In this document: one piece after another, positions 8,399 through 16,509 of the stretch | Position numbering within the stretch: position 1 is the first letter of the stretch | Layout of the letters: the number at the start of each line of letters is the position of its first letter | Virus record (IMG/VR): IMGVR_UViG_3300031555_005249 | DNA length: 64,000 bases | DNA from: a virus | Strand: one strand, 5' to 3' | Translations under genes and position numbers: made by a program | The notes under the pieces: model-generated | Seen by the model: only the letters and a program-made list of their open reading frames with translations | Told to the model about the DNA's origin: nothing | Databases searched by the model: none

Positions 8399-8790
8399 GG
8401 GGAGTATATGTAATTGCTGATGATATGGGAAGAGTTTACTATGTGGGACAGAGTGAATAGTTGGAAAATAGAACATGGGGACATTTAGCTAAAATAAAAC
8501 AAGATGAGAATAAATATAAGAAAAATAAATTATATTGGATATTGGGTAGATTGAATGATTTAAAAGTTGGGCTTCATTGTTATTTATTAGAAGAGTATCC
8601 GTCATGGAATAGAATCGATATTAAGACAAGAGAAAAAGAAAATATTCGATTGTTAAAACCTGTATTAAATACTTAGGTTCCTACTGATTGCATTTGTTAT
8701 ATGAAGAATATTTGGAATGCGGTAACAGCGGCAGTTCAGGCAGATGAAAATGGAAGATGGGATTTTAAAGGATGTAGGAAAATATGGTGA
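8395..8790 (+). CDS. small GIY-YIG nuclease-family protein, TAG-recoded (2 TAG)
   Basis: TTG start overlapping the upstream TGA. Translation ..RGVYVIADDMGRVYYVGQSE[TAG]LENRTWGHLAKIKQDENKYKKNKLYWILGRL... carries the GIY-YIG signature (GVYVI...VYYVGQS...R...H). ORF-track piece 8461..8676 lies in this frame. TGA stop. Confidence 0.5.
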
Positions 8791-8877
8791 AGATGTGGAG
8801 AAATTATAGTAGAGTGGAGAGTTGTCCTGCGACCGAATCCAGAACCACTTCCACTCATCTCTCGTCTTCGTTATCCC

Positions 8878-8910
8878 TATTGATTTATAATAAAATATAT
8901 GATATAATAA
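8878..8910 (+). promoter_or_regulatory. plus-strand sigma-70-type promoter, TTGATT-17-TATAAT
   Basis: ttgatt at 8880-8885, tataat at 8903-8908, spacer 17. Confidence 0.55.
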
Positions 8911-8942
8911 TTATAGAAAATATAAGAAAGGAAATAATACCA

Positions 8943-9314
8943 ATGAATATTGAAGATATGATCATGAATGGTGCATCTGAAGAAGAGATTGCAGAAGCTA
9001 TAGACCAGATTCGCGCCAAGAGAACCTTGAAAATGGAAGAAGAGCGTCAGGCGCGCGAATCTCAAAAGAAGAAAGATGAAGAGCAGACCGCGAAAGAGGC
9101 GCTTAAGGCAGAGGCTCGCGCGCATTTCATCAATGCTGTACTTGCATATAGTGAGGCTTTTGACCTTTTGGAAGAGGGAGAGAGCTGGACTGAAGAAGAT
9201 CTAAAAGAGGTGGAAGAGTACCTTATTCAGATTGAAGGAATAATTCCTATGTATGCTAAGATGATGAAGAAGAAAAAGGAATTCGGATTTGGAGATCTTT
9301 TTGGATTGATATAA
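8943..9314 (+). CDS. hypothetical E/K-rich coiled-coil protein
   Basis: Internal ATG (MNIEDMIMNGASEEE...) of ORF 8784..9314 with RBS AAGGAAATAATACCAATG. TAA stop, no TAG. Confidence 0.5.
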   Translation: MNIEDMIMNGASEEEIAEAIDQIRAKRTLKMEEERQARESQKKKDEEQTAKEALKAEARAHFINAVLAYSEAFDLLEEGESWTEEDLKEVEEYLIQIEGIIPMYAKMMKKKKEFGFGDLFGLI

Positions 9315-9606
9315 GCGCCGGTCCAGGTTATAGAAGTATAAATATAGAGAATAGAGCGTTGGGTAAAACCCGGCGCTCTTATTGTTTTACCTCTTGACGC
9401 GACGAAGGCGCATTGGCGCCGAGGAGCGAAAGTTAAAAATTTTTCAAAAGTAGATAATTGTATTACCTTAATTTTAATATAACAATGACAAAGAAATACA
9501 TTGTCACTAAGAAAGATTGTAACGAATTATTAAACTACTTAATTTTATAGTCATTATAAAAGTCATTACAATCTTTCCAATACTAAAAGAAAGGAGATGA
9601 ATTATA

Positions 9607-10314
9607 GTGAAACTTGTTGAAGGTAAAATAACTTTAGCTAATTTGGCTACTTGGCTAGGAGTATCTGCAGGCACCCTGCGCAATAATAAAAGTAAGTATT
9701 TAAATATTTTAGCTCGCTATTGCCGATATCATGAAGAAGGAACTACCAAAAAGACTCTTTATATTGATGAAGTATACGAAGCAGAATATTCGGCGCTATA
9801 GGGTCCAAAACCTTATCAAAGAGTAAAAGAGTTAACAAGAGAGGGTTGGAGCGCAGAAGGGCTAGATAGTTGTGCTCTTGTTGCAAGTCGTAATTTTCCT
9901 ATTCTATAGCAAGAGGGATACACAATTACAGAAAATACCAATTATAATTATACTTGTTAGAGCAGAACGGAACTTTGGGGCAGTCCTATGAAGCGCACAA
10001 ATGGTGAGCTTGGCTATTGTCGTTATGAGTATTGTAAAATTGGACCTTAGGGCAAGCTTGTTCCGCTTAATGAGGAAGAATAGAAGATTAAGCGCTAGAT
10101 CACAGAGAAATACTTTGGTAATTTAGAAGATTTTACTCTTGGGATAGCTGATGATATTAAAACTGGTAAGATTACTGCGGAAGAGGCTGGTATTGCATTA
10201 GCTAATTTAGGTAGTCATGGAGAATATTTAGCTTGGAAGAATGAACTTGAGGCTAGACTAGGTTGTAAGATTTATAAAGGAACAAGAATACATAATGAAG
10301 AGAGTGCGTTTTAA
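9607..10314 (+). CDS. HTH-domain protein (N-terminal ITLANLATWLGVSAGTL), TAG-recoded (about 7 TAG)
   Basis: GTG start after an AAGGAG RBS. ORF-track piece 9607..9801 continues in frame through TAG codons to a TAA at 10312-10314. No TAA/TGA inside the 236 codons. Confidence 0.45.
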
Positions 10315-10335
10315 TGCGCACTCTTTTTGCCGTGT
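10300..10335 (+). terminator. rho-independent terminator
   Basis: Hairpin AGAGTGCG-TTTTAAT-GCGCACTCT followed by TTTTTGCC. Confidence 0.5.
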
Positions 10336-10484
10336 ATTTATTTTTACTATGCATTTCTAGCAAAAGTACTACACGTAGTAAAATCAATACACGATGAATG
10401 TGGTAATTTGCTAAGTTTTTTAATCATACTCAGCCTATACTTCGCTTGATAATAAATAATATTAGGTACATTTGCAACCTTTCT

Positions 10485-10565
10485 GCGTTACCCTTTTTTA
10501 AGGCAACGGCAACTATAAGTAAGGAGTATGAGAAGTTGTTGCCTTGTTTTAAGGTAACAGAAGCG
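10485..10565. other. long imperfect palindrome in a ~550-bp non-coding region
   Basis: cgttaccctttttt-aaggcaacggcaact...agttgttgccttg-ttttaaggtaacag. No convincing ORF between 10335 and 10900. Confidence 0.3.
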
Positions 10566-10914
10566 CCTTTCCATTTTATTACATTTTTACCAAATTTTGG
10601 TAATACGCATCTATACTACCCTCAAGTCACGGCCTCCCCTTAACTCATTAACCAATAGTAGCTCCTTTCTTCTTTACTATTGTCATCTTTTATTCTTTTC
10701 ACTATAATTATACCATAATTTTCACTAAAATTCAACTTTTTCTCTTGGATCTAGGCGGCAATCATCATATTTTTCATTTCTGCGACCAAATTTTAGCATT
10801 ATTGAAAGAACAAAAACAAGGAAAATACATTAGAAATATGAGTTTTTGATAAAATATTCATATATTATGCGAAAAAATTGATAAAAATGCTAATTATAGG
10901 AAAAAATAATGAAA

Positions 10915-11160
10915 ATGAAACAACCAAAAATCGCGGGCGTTATAGTGGAAAGCACTGGACTAGAGCGATGACGGCTCTTTGCGATTGTCCGCGGCCCGAG
11001 CATATGCGCGTGCGCGCTATAGAGGTAGAATTAAGGGAAAACAGTGACTGCGCCAAACAACTATTTTTCGGTCGGTATAATATGGAAGAGATGGTAGATT
11101 CTGGAAACGGGGCTAGCCGGTGGCTAGCGACCCGCGCAATTATGAACAAAGTGTGAACAA
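10915..11160 (+). ncRNA. GC-rich structured element, candidate ncRNA of unknown family
   Basis: About 245-nt island of ~60% GC in a ~30% GC context. It holds several perfect local hairpins (AGAGC-gatgacg-GCTCT; TATGCGCG-tg-CGCGCTATA; GGCTAGCC-ggt-GGCTAGC) and long-range complementarity (CGCGGG at ~10922 with CCCGCG at ~11135). A bidirectional terminator follows at 11180-11215. Overlapping ORFs on both strands (10878..11156 and 10940..11149) translate to Arg/Ser-rich low-complexity sequence. Confidence 0.3.
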
Positions 11161-11179
11161 GGGCGCAGATAAAAAAAAC

Positions 11180-11215
11180 AGAAGGCTTTACCCTCTGTTT
11201 TCTTTTAGTGACATT
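11180..11215. terminator. bidirectional rho-independent terminator
   Basis: Hairpin AACAGAAGG-ctttac-CCTCTGTT flanked by an A8 tract upstream and TTCTTTT downstream. Terminates the plus-strand element and minus gene 11222..11464. Confidence 0.5.
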
Positions 11216-11221
11216 TGGCGC

Positions 11222-11464
11222 TCAATCCTCTGTCACCTCTTCCTCTCCGTTTTTATCATACAATTTTCCGTCTGTACAACAGCCGTCATAGGTCAGGCGC
11301 ATATATTCTATCCAATGATGACCGCAGTTATGACATCTGCGCTCTATTGAGATTATCTCGTATAAGTCACCATTCTGTTCGGTGACATCTATCTCGGGGT
11401 CACTTGAATTATAGACCTTTTCAAACTCGCCGCATTTCGGACATTCGTATTCTCTTGTTTTCAT
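11222..11464 (-). CDS. zinc-ribbon protein (CPKC...CHNC)
   Basis: ORF-track ORF with TGA stop. Two CxxC pairs. Confidence 0.55.
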   Translation of the reverse strand: MKTREYECPKCGEFEKVYNSSDPEIDVTEQNGDLYEIISIERRCHNCGHHWIEYMRLTYDGCCTDGKLYDKNGEEEVTED

Positions 11465-11748
11465 TCTTCTTCCTCGCTTTCTTCGGGAATATCATAAGAT
11501 AGGATTGTTCCATAGTATATGGCAGTATACAAATTGCGCCATCGTTTTTCGCAATTAAGACATTGATAAGTTTCCTCAACGAAGCCGTTGTTGTCATTTG
11601 GATATTCAAATGGATTTACTCCACTTCCATCATTCCAAACGATATTATCAGATTTGCAAAAAGGACACACAATCCCTGCTTTGGGAAGTCTTACCATAGT
11701 ATTATTGGCGGTATAGTTTCCTGTTTGTAATTTCTTATATATATTCAT
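11461..11748 (-). CDS. zinc-ribbon protein (CPFC...CLNC), acidic C-terminal tail
   Basis: ORF-track ORF. Its TGA overlaps the next start (ATGA). Confidence 0.55.
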   Translation of the reverse strand: MNIYKKLQTGNYTANNTMVRLPKAGIVCPFCKSDNIVWNDGSGVNPFEYPNDNNGFVEETYQCLNCEKRWRNLYTAIYYGTILSYDIPEESEEEE

Positions 11749-11784
11749 TCCTCTTCCTCGCTTTCGTAGTGGGGGTGACTTTCG

Positions 11785-12255
11785 TCACCCCTCGGTAAAG
11801 TAGGTGTCAAATTCGCCTTTAGTTTTAAGCGATTCAAGACCTTTCTTCGTGTATCTCGTCAAGTCAAGCTTAAAGTATTCACCGCCTTGCTTGAACACTA
11901 TCATTTTACCCGCCTTGACGATTTTACAGTAGTCTGCATTTTCCGATATAGCGGTTTCGATTGCTTGGATAATTCCGTTCTTAGTTTTATCCTCTTTCAC
12001 TACCCTCTCGCGCTGTGTCTTTTGCTTATACTCGGTTGATTTAGCTTTATGAACCGTTGCGCTAACTCGATTCTCTTTAGCTTTTGCGGTGAGTGCTTGT
12101 TCTTCTTCGTTGTCGATATAATCGTTATCAAAGAGCCAAAGGTCAACCGCCTCTTGCCGTGAGCATTTAAGCATACGCATATTCAGCTCTATTGCCTCAT
12201 TCGGTACTCGCACTGTGCGCCCGTTCTCAAGGGTATAAAGGCTATAATCTGCCAT
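11785..12255 (-). CDS. hypothetical protein
   Basis: ORF-track ORF with TGA stop. Promoter at 12290-12322. Confidence 0.55.
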   Translation of the reverse strand: MADYSLYTLENGRTVRVPNEAIELNMRMLKCSRQEAVDLWLFDNDYIDNEEEQALTAKAKENRVSATVHKAKSTEYKQKTQRERVVKEDKTKNGIIQAIETAISENADYCKIVKAGKMIVFKQGGEYFKLDLTRYTKKGLESLKTKGEFDTYFTEG

Positions 12256-12289
12256 TGGTTTTTACCTCTCTTTCTGTCCTCTTGACATA

Positions 12290-12322
12290 TATATTATACC
12301 ACACTCTTGGTCATTTGTCAAG
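12290..12322 (-). promoter_or_regulatory. sigma-70 consensus promoter, TTGACA-17-TATAAT, with AT-rich UP-like tract
   Basis: Plus tgtcaa at 12316-12321 and attata at 12293-12298. Upstream (minus sense) AAAAAATTTTTCAAAAAC tract. Confidence 0.65.
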
Positions 12323-12368
12323 AGGTTTGGTAAAAGTTTTTGAAAAATTTTTTTGGTATGAGGGAGAA

Positions 12369-12779
12369 TTACTCTCCCTCTACCTCGTCTACTACCCCGT
12401 AATTAAGGGAGTAGTATGCAACTTTCTTTTCAAGGGTGCGCTTAAAGTCTGCGCTCTTGGACACGATAGCGGTAATCATCTGTGACGATACGTTATCTCC
12501 GTTAGCTCTCTTATACTCTTTGATAGAATCGACCTTGAGGAGTGAGCCAACGGTCATTCCCTTTTCATCTACACACTCGGCGAGAGCGTCCTTGATAAGT
12601 TCGGTTACTGCGAGAGCGTCTTTCTGCGCAGGAGTGAGAGAAGCGGACTTTGAGTTCTTACGGGAGAGAAGCTCTATCTCGTGAGCCATAACATCTGCCC
12701 ACTCGGTTTTGCCGTTCTCTATGAGGAACGCTTTGATGTTCTCAAAATTCTCTCTCTTGGTGATTTTCTTTTCTGCCAT
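12369..12779 (-). CDS. small early protein, paralog family member
   Basis: ORF-track ORF with TAA stop inside the hairpin loop. Paralog of 3777..4166 and 13351..13755. Confidence 0.55.
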   Translation of the reverse strand: MAEKKITKRENFENIKAFLIENGKTEWADVMAHEIELLSRKNSKSASLTPAQKDALAVTELIKDALAECVDEKGMTVGSLLKVDSIKEYKRANGDNVSSQMITAIVSKSADFKRTLEKKVAYYSLNYGVVDEVEGE

Positions 12780-12856
12780 AGTTTTCTACCTTTGCGATCT
12801 GTGACCGCCCTTTCAAAATTTTTTATTTCAAGAGGATTTTCCTCTTGATTACATAT

Positions 12857-12889
12857 ATATTATATCACAAGTTTGTGATTTTGTCAAGG
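12857..12889 (-). promoter_or_regulatory. P1 promoter, TTGACA-17-TATAAT
   Basis: Plus tgtcaa at 12882-12887 and attata at 12859-12864. Confidence 0.65.
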
Positions 12890-12996
12890 GGTTTTTGAAA
12901 AGTTTTTCAAAAATTTTTTATTTTTTTCAGTGGTTGCAACTACGGGACGATGCCTCGCAAGGTCGTTCTATCCGTCACCGCCCCTTGACTACGATA

Positions 12997-13029
12997 ATAT
13001 TATATCATAAAAAGATAAATTTGTCAATA
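12997..13029 (-). promoter_or_regulatory. P2 promoter, TTGACA-17-TATAAT, ~130 bp upstream of P1, with conserved leader ATTATCGTAGTCAAGGGG
   Basis: Plus tgtcaa at 13022-13027 and attata at 12999-13004. The 25-nt block ccccttgactacgataatattata recurs at 15301-15325. Confidence 0.55.
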
Positions 13030-13080
13030 GAAAATGGGAAAATAATTTGCACAAATTTGAGAGGAATTTTGGTGAGAAAA

Positions 13081-13097
13081 TTGTGCAACTTGCACAA
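13081..13097. promoter_or_regulatory. palindromic operator-like site TTGTGCAAcTTGCACAA
   Basis: Perfect 8-1-8 palindrome, with an additional half-site TTTGCACAAA at 13047-13056. The same motif occurs at 15409-15425 and 19508-19525, and half-sites at ~15375, ~16819, ~18296 and ~19079. Confidence 0.45.
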
Positions 13098-13140
13098 AAA
13101 CGCACAAATCGGCCCAGCGGCGGCCGCCGTTGGGCCGGTC

Positions 13141-13169
13141 AAAAAAAGACCTCTGCCGTCGCAGAGGTC
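13141..13169 (-). terminator. rho-independent terminator (minus) plus adjacent GC hairpin 13111-13136
   Basis: Plus A7 then hairpin GACCTCTGC-cgtc-GCAGAGGTC, which reads on minus as hairpin followed by a U-tract. Second hairpin GGCCCAGCGGCGGCCGCCGTTGGGCC. Confidence 0.5.
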
Positions 13170-13350
13170 TATCCTCGAGGTTGACCATTCTCGCTTTCTC
13201 GCCACTCCTTGCGCATAGGGGACTTTGGTTTTAATGGTCTGCAAAGGCGTGTGATTTGAACACACATCTGTTGGAAACGAAACCAACTGTTCTTCCATTA
13301 AACTACCCTTTGTTATGTATGAGGGGCGCATTTGCGCCCCTGTGCCTCAC

Positions 13351-13755
13351 TCACGCAAGGCGAAAGTAAGTGACCTTTTTGTCAATGGTCTTGACTACAT
13401 CACCGCAGTCAACGAGCTTTTTAAGCATAGAGGAAACTCGCTGTGAAGATGTTTCCTTACCATCTGCCCACTCAAACTCTGCGATACGAGAATCCTTTGC
13501 TATCGCACCGCACTGCATACCCTTTACATCGGTTGCTTCTGCGAGAACATCATGAATGAGGTCAAGGAAAGTATCAACTTCCTCTGCGCGCTTTGCGCTG
13601 ACCTTACCACTCTTGCTTTCAAGCTGACCGAGCTTCTTTTCGGCAAACTCGATTACTTTATCCATAGGGATTGTGGTCGGCTCTCCGCTTGCCATCTTGA
13701 TGATTTCCTCATACATCTGCTTCTGTGTGTACTTGATTTCCTTGATTTCTGCCAT
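13351..13755 (-). CDS. small early protein, paralog family member
   Basis: ORF-track ORF with TGA stop. Paralog of 3777 and 12369. Confidence 0.55.
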   Translation of the reverse strand: MAEIKEIKYTQKQMYEEIIKMASGEPTTIPMDKVIEFAEKKLGQLESKSGKVSAKRAEEVDTFLDLIHDVLAEATDVKGMQCGAIAKDSRIAEFEWADGKETSSQRVSSMLKKLVDCGDVVKTIDKKVTYFRLA

Positions 13756-13832
13756 AATTTTTTTCCTCTCTTGCTATTAGGTTGCAACCCTTTAATTTTA
13801 TTTATCAGAGGTATTCCCTCTTGATTACATAT

Positions 13833-13865
13833 ATATTATACCATACTTTTTGGTATTTGTCAATA
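13833..13865 (-). promoter_or_regulatory. sigma-70 consensus promoter, TTGACA-17-TATAAT
   Basis: Plus tgtcaa at 13858-13863 and attata at 13835-13840. Confidence 0.65.
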
Positions 13866-13906
13866 GGTTTTTGAAAAATTTTTTATTTTTTTTCTTGGGT
13901 AGAGGG

Positions 13907-14626
13907 TTATTCACCCTCTACCTCTTTGCGCTTATGAAAGGGATATACCCATTCACCCTCTGGAGTTAAGCAACCGAGTTTCGTGCGCTCTTGGAAGATA
14001 TTACAACCTCTTTTTCCAAGTTCACAAAGAATACGGAGTTCCCATTGAACATCGGAAAGTGCGGTATGTTCCTCAACAAAATCTTTATCTTGGTTAAGAA
14101 ATGCGGTTACACCCTCAACAGAGGTCGGTATATATTTACCACTTGGAGTGCGGAGTTCGTGTTCGTTGCAAAATGCGATATAATCTGCGGTAGAGCATAT
14201 GTCGTATTGTGCATTACACCATATATCTATAACCTCGATTTTGTCAAGTGGATTCAAAATACCGAGCGCAGTTGCGGTTCTGCGGAATTTGTCCTCGTCA
14301 AACTCGGAGTTATAGGCAAAGCCATACTGTATGCCATATCGGTCAATATCTCTTGCTATTTGCTCAAATATCTGTTTTTCGGTACGGAGTATTGCCGTTC
14401 CGTTCTCAACATTCAAGTCAAACTTTGCGAGTTTTTCTGCTTTGACGAACATATCATTCAAGAGCCAAATGCGGTTGTGATAATGTTTGCCTACAAGATA
14501 GTCTTTGCCTTTGAGTATCTTATACTTAAAGGTTGTTAAGTCAACATCTGCTATACAATAGCCTATGTTAAGTAGTGTTTGGGTACAACACCCTGCGGTT
14601 TCGGTATCAAATACCATAATGTTCAT
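13907..14626 (-). CDS. DEDDh-type 3'-5' exonuclease (DnaQ-like)
   Basis: MVFDTETAG (Exo I D-x-E motif) and HTALSDV (Exo III). 239 codons with no TAG, TAA stop. Confidence 0.65.
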   Translation of the reverse strand: MNIMVFDTETAGCCTQTLLNIGYCIADVDLTTFKYKILKGKDYLVGKHYHNRIWLLNDMFVKAEKLAKFDLNVENGTAILRTEKQIFEQIARDIDRYGIQYGFAYNSEFDEDKFRRTATALGILNPLDKIEVIDIWCNAQYDICSTADYIAFCNEHELRTPSGKYIPTSVEGVTAFLNQDKDFVEEHTALSDVQWELRILCELGKRGCNIFQERTKLGCLTPEGEWVYPFHKRKEVEGE

Positions 14627-14683
14627 TTTTTCTTTTCCTCTCTTTCTGTCATAGGGAGTAGCCCTCGCTCTCCACTCGACATA

Positions 14684-14716
14684 TATATTATATCACATCT
14701 TGACGAATTTGTCAAG
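14684..14716 (-). promoter_or_regulatory. sigma-70 consensus promoter, TTGACA-17-TATAAT
   Basis: Plus tgtcaa at 14709-14714 and attata at 14686-14691. Overlaps the 3' end of upstream gene 14712..15158. Confidence 0.6.
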
Positions 14717-15158
14717 AGGTTTTACAAAATTTTTTCAAAATTTCAAAAATTTTTTCGGGCGGAAATGCGTCACCCTTAGTCCACTCAAGGCGGTTGCGCT
14801 CTTCATCGTCAAACAGTATGCCCTCACTCTTGGCTACGGACGATTTGGGTGTGCCATATGGAACGATATGCAATTCATCAAAAATAACGGACTTCAAGTG
14901 CTTTTTGAGCCATTTGCGCTTGGCTTTAGTGACCGCCTTGTTATAGTCCTCAGTTGCGGCTTTAGACAGCCACGATATAACACCTATATGAACGCCATTG
15001 CGCTGAGCCTTATTCAATGCTCTTGCAAGTGCAGACATATTGTGCATAGGTCTTGCTTCTTCATATGGGCGCGTTCGCTTGGCTTCAAGGTCATCGAGCC
15101 AGCCTTCGACCGCATAAAGGTCAGCAACGGTGCCGTCAAGGTCTAAATAAATTGTCAT
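14712..15158 (-). CDS. HAD-superfamily 5'(3')-deoxyribonucleotidase-like protein
   Basis: N-terminal IYLDLDGTVADL (DxDGT HAD motif I). ORF-track ORF with no TAG. Confidence 0.6.
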   Translation of the reverse strand: MTIYLDLDGTVADLYAVEGWLDDLEAKRTRPYEEARPMHNMSALARALNKAQRNGVHIGVISWLSKAATEDYNKAVTKAKRKWLKKHLKSVIFDELHIVPYGTPKSSVAKSEGILFDDEERNRLEWTKGDAFPPEKIFEILKKFCKTS

Positions 15159-15190
15159 TTGGTTTAGTTCCTTTCTTCCTTACTGCTCTT

Positions 15191-15223
15191 ATATTATACC
15201 ATACTTTGAGCGATTTGTCAAGG
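15191..15223 (-). promoter_or_regulatory. P1 promoter, TTGACA-17-TATAAT
   Basis: Plus tgtcaa at 15216-15221 and attata at 15193-15198. Confidence 0.6.
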
Positions 15224-15315
15224 GGTTTTTGAAAAATTTTTTCAAAAATTTTTGAGTGTCCACTGATTAGCAAGTCCATTTCACTGCTTTTGTTTCTCAC
15301 CCCTTGACTACGATA

Positions 15316-15348
15316 ATATTATACCACAAAGGGCGCAAAAAGTCAAGC
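15316..15348 (-). promoter_or_regulatory. P2 promoter, TTGACT-17-TATAAT, with conserved leader
   Basis: Plus agtcaa at 15341-15346 and attata at 15318-15323. Same conserved block as at 12981-13005. Confidence 0.55.
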
Positions 15349-15408
15349 GGTTTTGGGAATTTTCTTTTCGTCAATTTGCACAAACTTTTGGCGAAAAAAT
15401 GCGTGGAA

Positions 15409-15425
15409 TTGTGCAATTTGCACAA
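15409..15425. promoter_or_regulatory. palindromic operator-like site TTGTGCAAtTTGCACAA
   Basis: Second copy of the 8-1-8 palindrome, with half-site TTTGCACAAA at ~15375-15384. Confidence 0.45.
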
Positions 15426-15459
15426 AAACGGCGCCACACCGATCGGTGGCGCGCCGACC

Positions 15460-15486
15460 AAAAAGAGGGAGATTAATCTCCCTCTA
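15460..15486 (-). terminator. rho-independent terminator overlapping stop of 15473..15682; GC hairpin 15431-15452
   Basis: AAAAAG then hairpin AGAGGGAGAT-TA-ATCTCCCTCT. The TAA stop sits in the loop. Confidence 0.5.
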
Positions 15487-15682
15487 TTATGATTTTATTG
15501 ATAACTTTTGCATAGTCTTCTTGCGCTCTTCGGAATGCTTGTGCCGCAGTATGCAAAGGGCATTCTTCGCAATCAATTTCGCCGCACTGTATATGAATGC
15601 AGGGGTCAATCATTATAGCTTCAAGAGTGTCGTGCTGTTCTGTTGCGGTTATTGTGACTATGATTTTCATATTTACCTCCAA
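15473..15682 (-). CDS. hypothetical small Cys-rich protein
   Basis: ORF-track ORF with TAA stop. Confidence 0.5.
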   Translation of the reverse strand: MEVNMKIIVTITATEQHDTLEAIMIDPCIHIQCGEIDCEECPLHTAAQAFRRAQEDYAKVINKIIIEGD

Positions 15683-15933
15683 ATTAAATTGATAAGATAA
15701 TAAGTATTCATCGCAAATAATGCGACATTAAGTATTACAAGATTTATGCGCCTTGCGCTAAAGCAAAATGCGGTTGCGATTGCCGAGCCGATGAAGAATA
15801 ATACTGTCATATCGGCGCCACACATAACACCTATTGCGCAAGCGGTATAGATTAGTGCGGTGATATCGGTGATATCAAATTCATAGGGGCGGTCAAGGCT
15901 GAAATAGGTTTTTAGTTTACCAATCAAAGTCAT
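15673..15933 (-). CDS. small membrane protein
   Basis: ORF-track ORF, hydrophobic throughout. Confidence 0.5.
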   Translation of the reverse strand: MTLIGKLKTYFSLDRPYEFDITDITALIYTACAIGVMCGADMTVLFFIGSAIATAFCFSARRINLVILNVALFAMNTYYLINLIWR

Positions 15934-16105
15934 CTACCTCTTCTTCCTCATAATCATTAGTATAATAATATTGCGTGGTTTTGAACTCTTTACCACAACC
16001 GCATTTATATTTGCGACTTGCGACAATTTGCTCTCCGTCCTCTTCATATTTTGCCGATAAATATTTAACTTGGGCGGTGCTACCGCAATTTGGACATTTA
16101 ATCAT
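15917..16105 (-). CDS. zinc-ribbon protein (CPNC...CGC)
   Basis: ORF-track ORF with acidic C-terminal tail. Confidence 0.5.
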   Translation of the reverse strand: MIKCPNCGSTAQVKYLSAKYEEDGEQIVASRKYKCGCGKEFKTTQYYYTNDYEEEEVDDFDW

Positions 16106-16305
16106 TTTAATTTAAGCTCCTTTCTAATATTGATAATTCCACGAAATTCTGCGGTATAGATTGCTTCACAGTGAGGGCAACAAACTTTAGCCTCAAAATC
16201 TGCTTCATACCCGTCAAAATTCCATATCTTTGCATCCACATCTCCACAGAACAAGTCATCTCTGGTTATAAGTTTATCGCAATTTGGGCATTTAATCATT
16301 TTCAA
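16102..16305 (-). CDS. zinc-ribbon protein (CPNC...CPHC)
   Basis: ORF-track ORF. Confidence 0.5.
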   Translation of the reverse strand: MKMIKCPNCDKLITRDDLFCGDVDAKIWNFDGYEADFEAKVCCPHCEAIYTAEFRGIINIRKELKLK

Positions 16306-16489
16306 ATTCTCCTTGATATTCTCTTATTGTGCAATATCCACTCCAACGCCATTCAAGGCATTGTTGATTGATATATTCTTGTGCCTGTTCTTGACTATCA
16401 AAGATAGGCGGTTTATTATCTCCTATGAATCCTTTATGCAAGAAGCCGTTTGGACAAGAGCGAGTATGAATATAAATTACATATTGCAT
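16292..16489 (-). CDS. hypothetical protein (MQYVIYIHTRSCPNGF...)
   Basis: Internal ATG of ORF 16292..16825. The upstream part of that ORF overlaps the tRNA and promoter, so it is discounted. Confidence 0.45.
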   Translation of the reverse strand: MQYVIYIHTRSCPNGFLHKGFIGDNKPPIFDSQEQAQEYINQQCLEWRWSGYCTIREYQGEFEND

Positions 16490-16509
16490 AAGTATTACCT
16501 CTCTTTTTT

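Noticed and set aside
10878-11156. ORFs 10878..11156 (+) and 10940..11149 (-) as protein-coding genes
   Set aside because: Both lie on the GC-rich hairpin-dense island and give Arg/Ser-rich low-complexity translations with no RBS. Treated as non-coding structured RNA instead.
12981-13005. Plus-strand promoter reading of cccTTGACTacgataatatTATA at 12981 and 15301
   Set aside because: Spacing to any plus-strand -10 is wrong. The same bases form a perfect -10 plus initial transcribed region of the minus-strand P2 promoters.
13991-14539. Plus-strand ORFs such as 13991..14539, 14700..15146 and 19529..20182 overlapping minus-strand genes
   Set aside because: Shadow ORFs opposite well-supported minus-strand genes (exonuclease, HAD nucleotidase and others). 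Low-complexity translations with no RBS.
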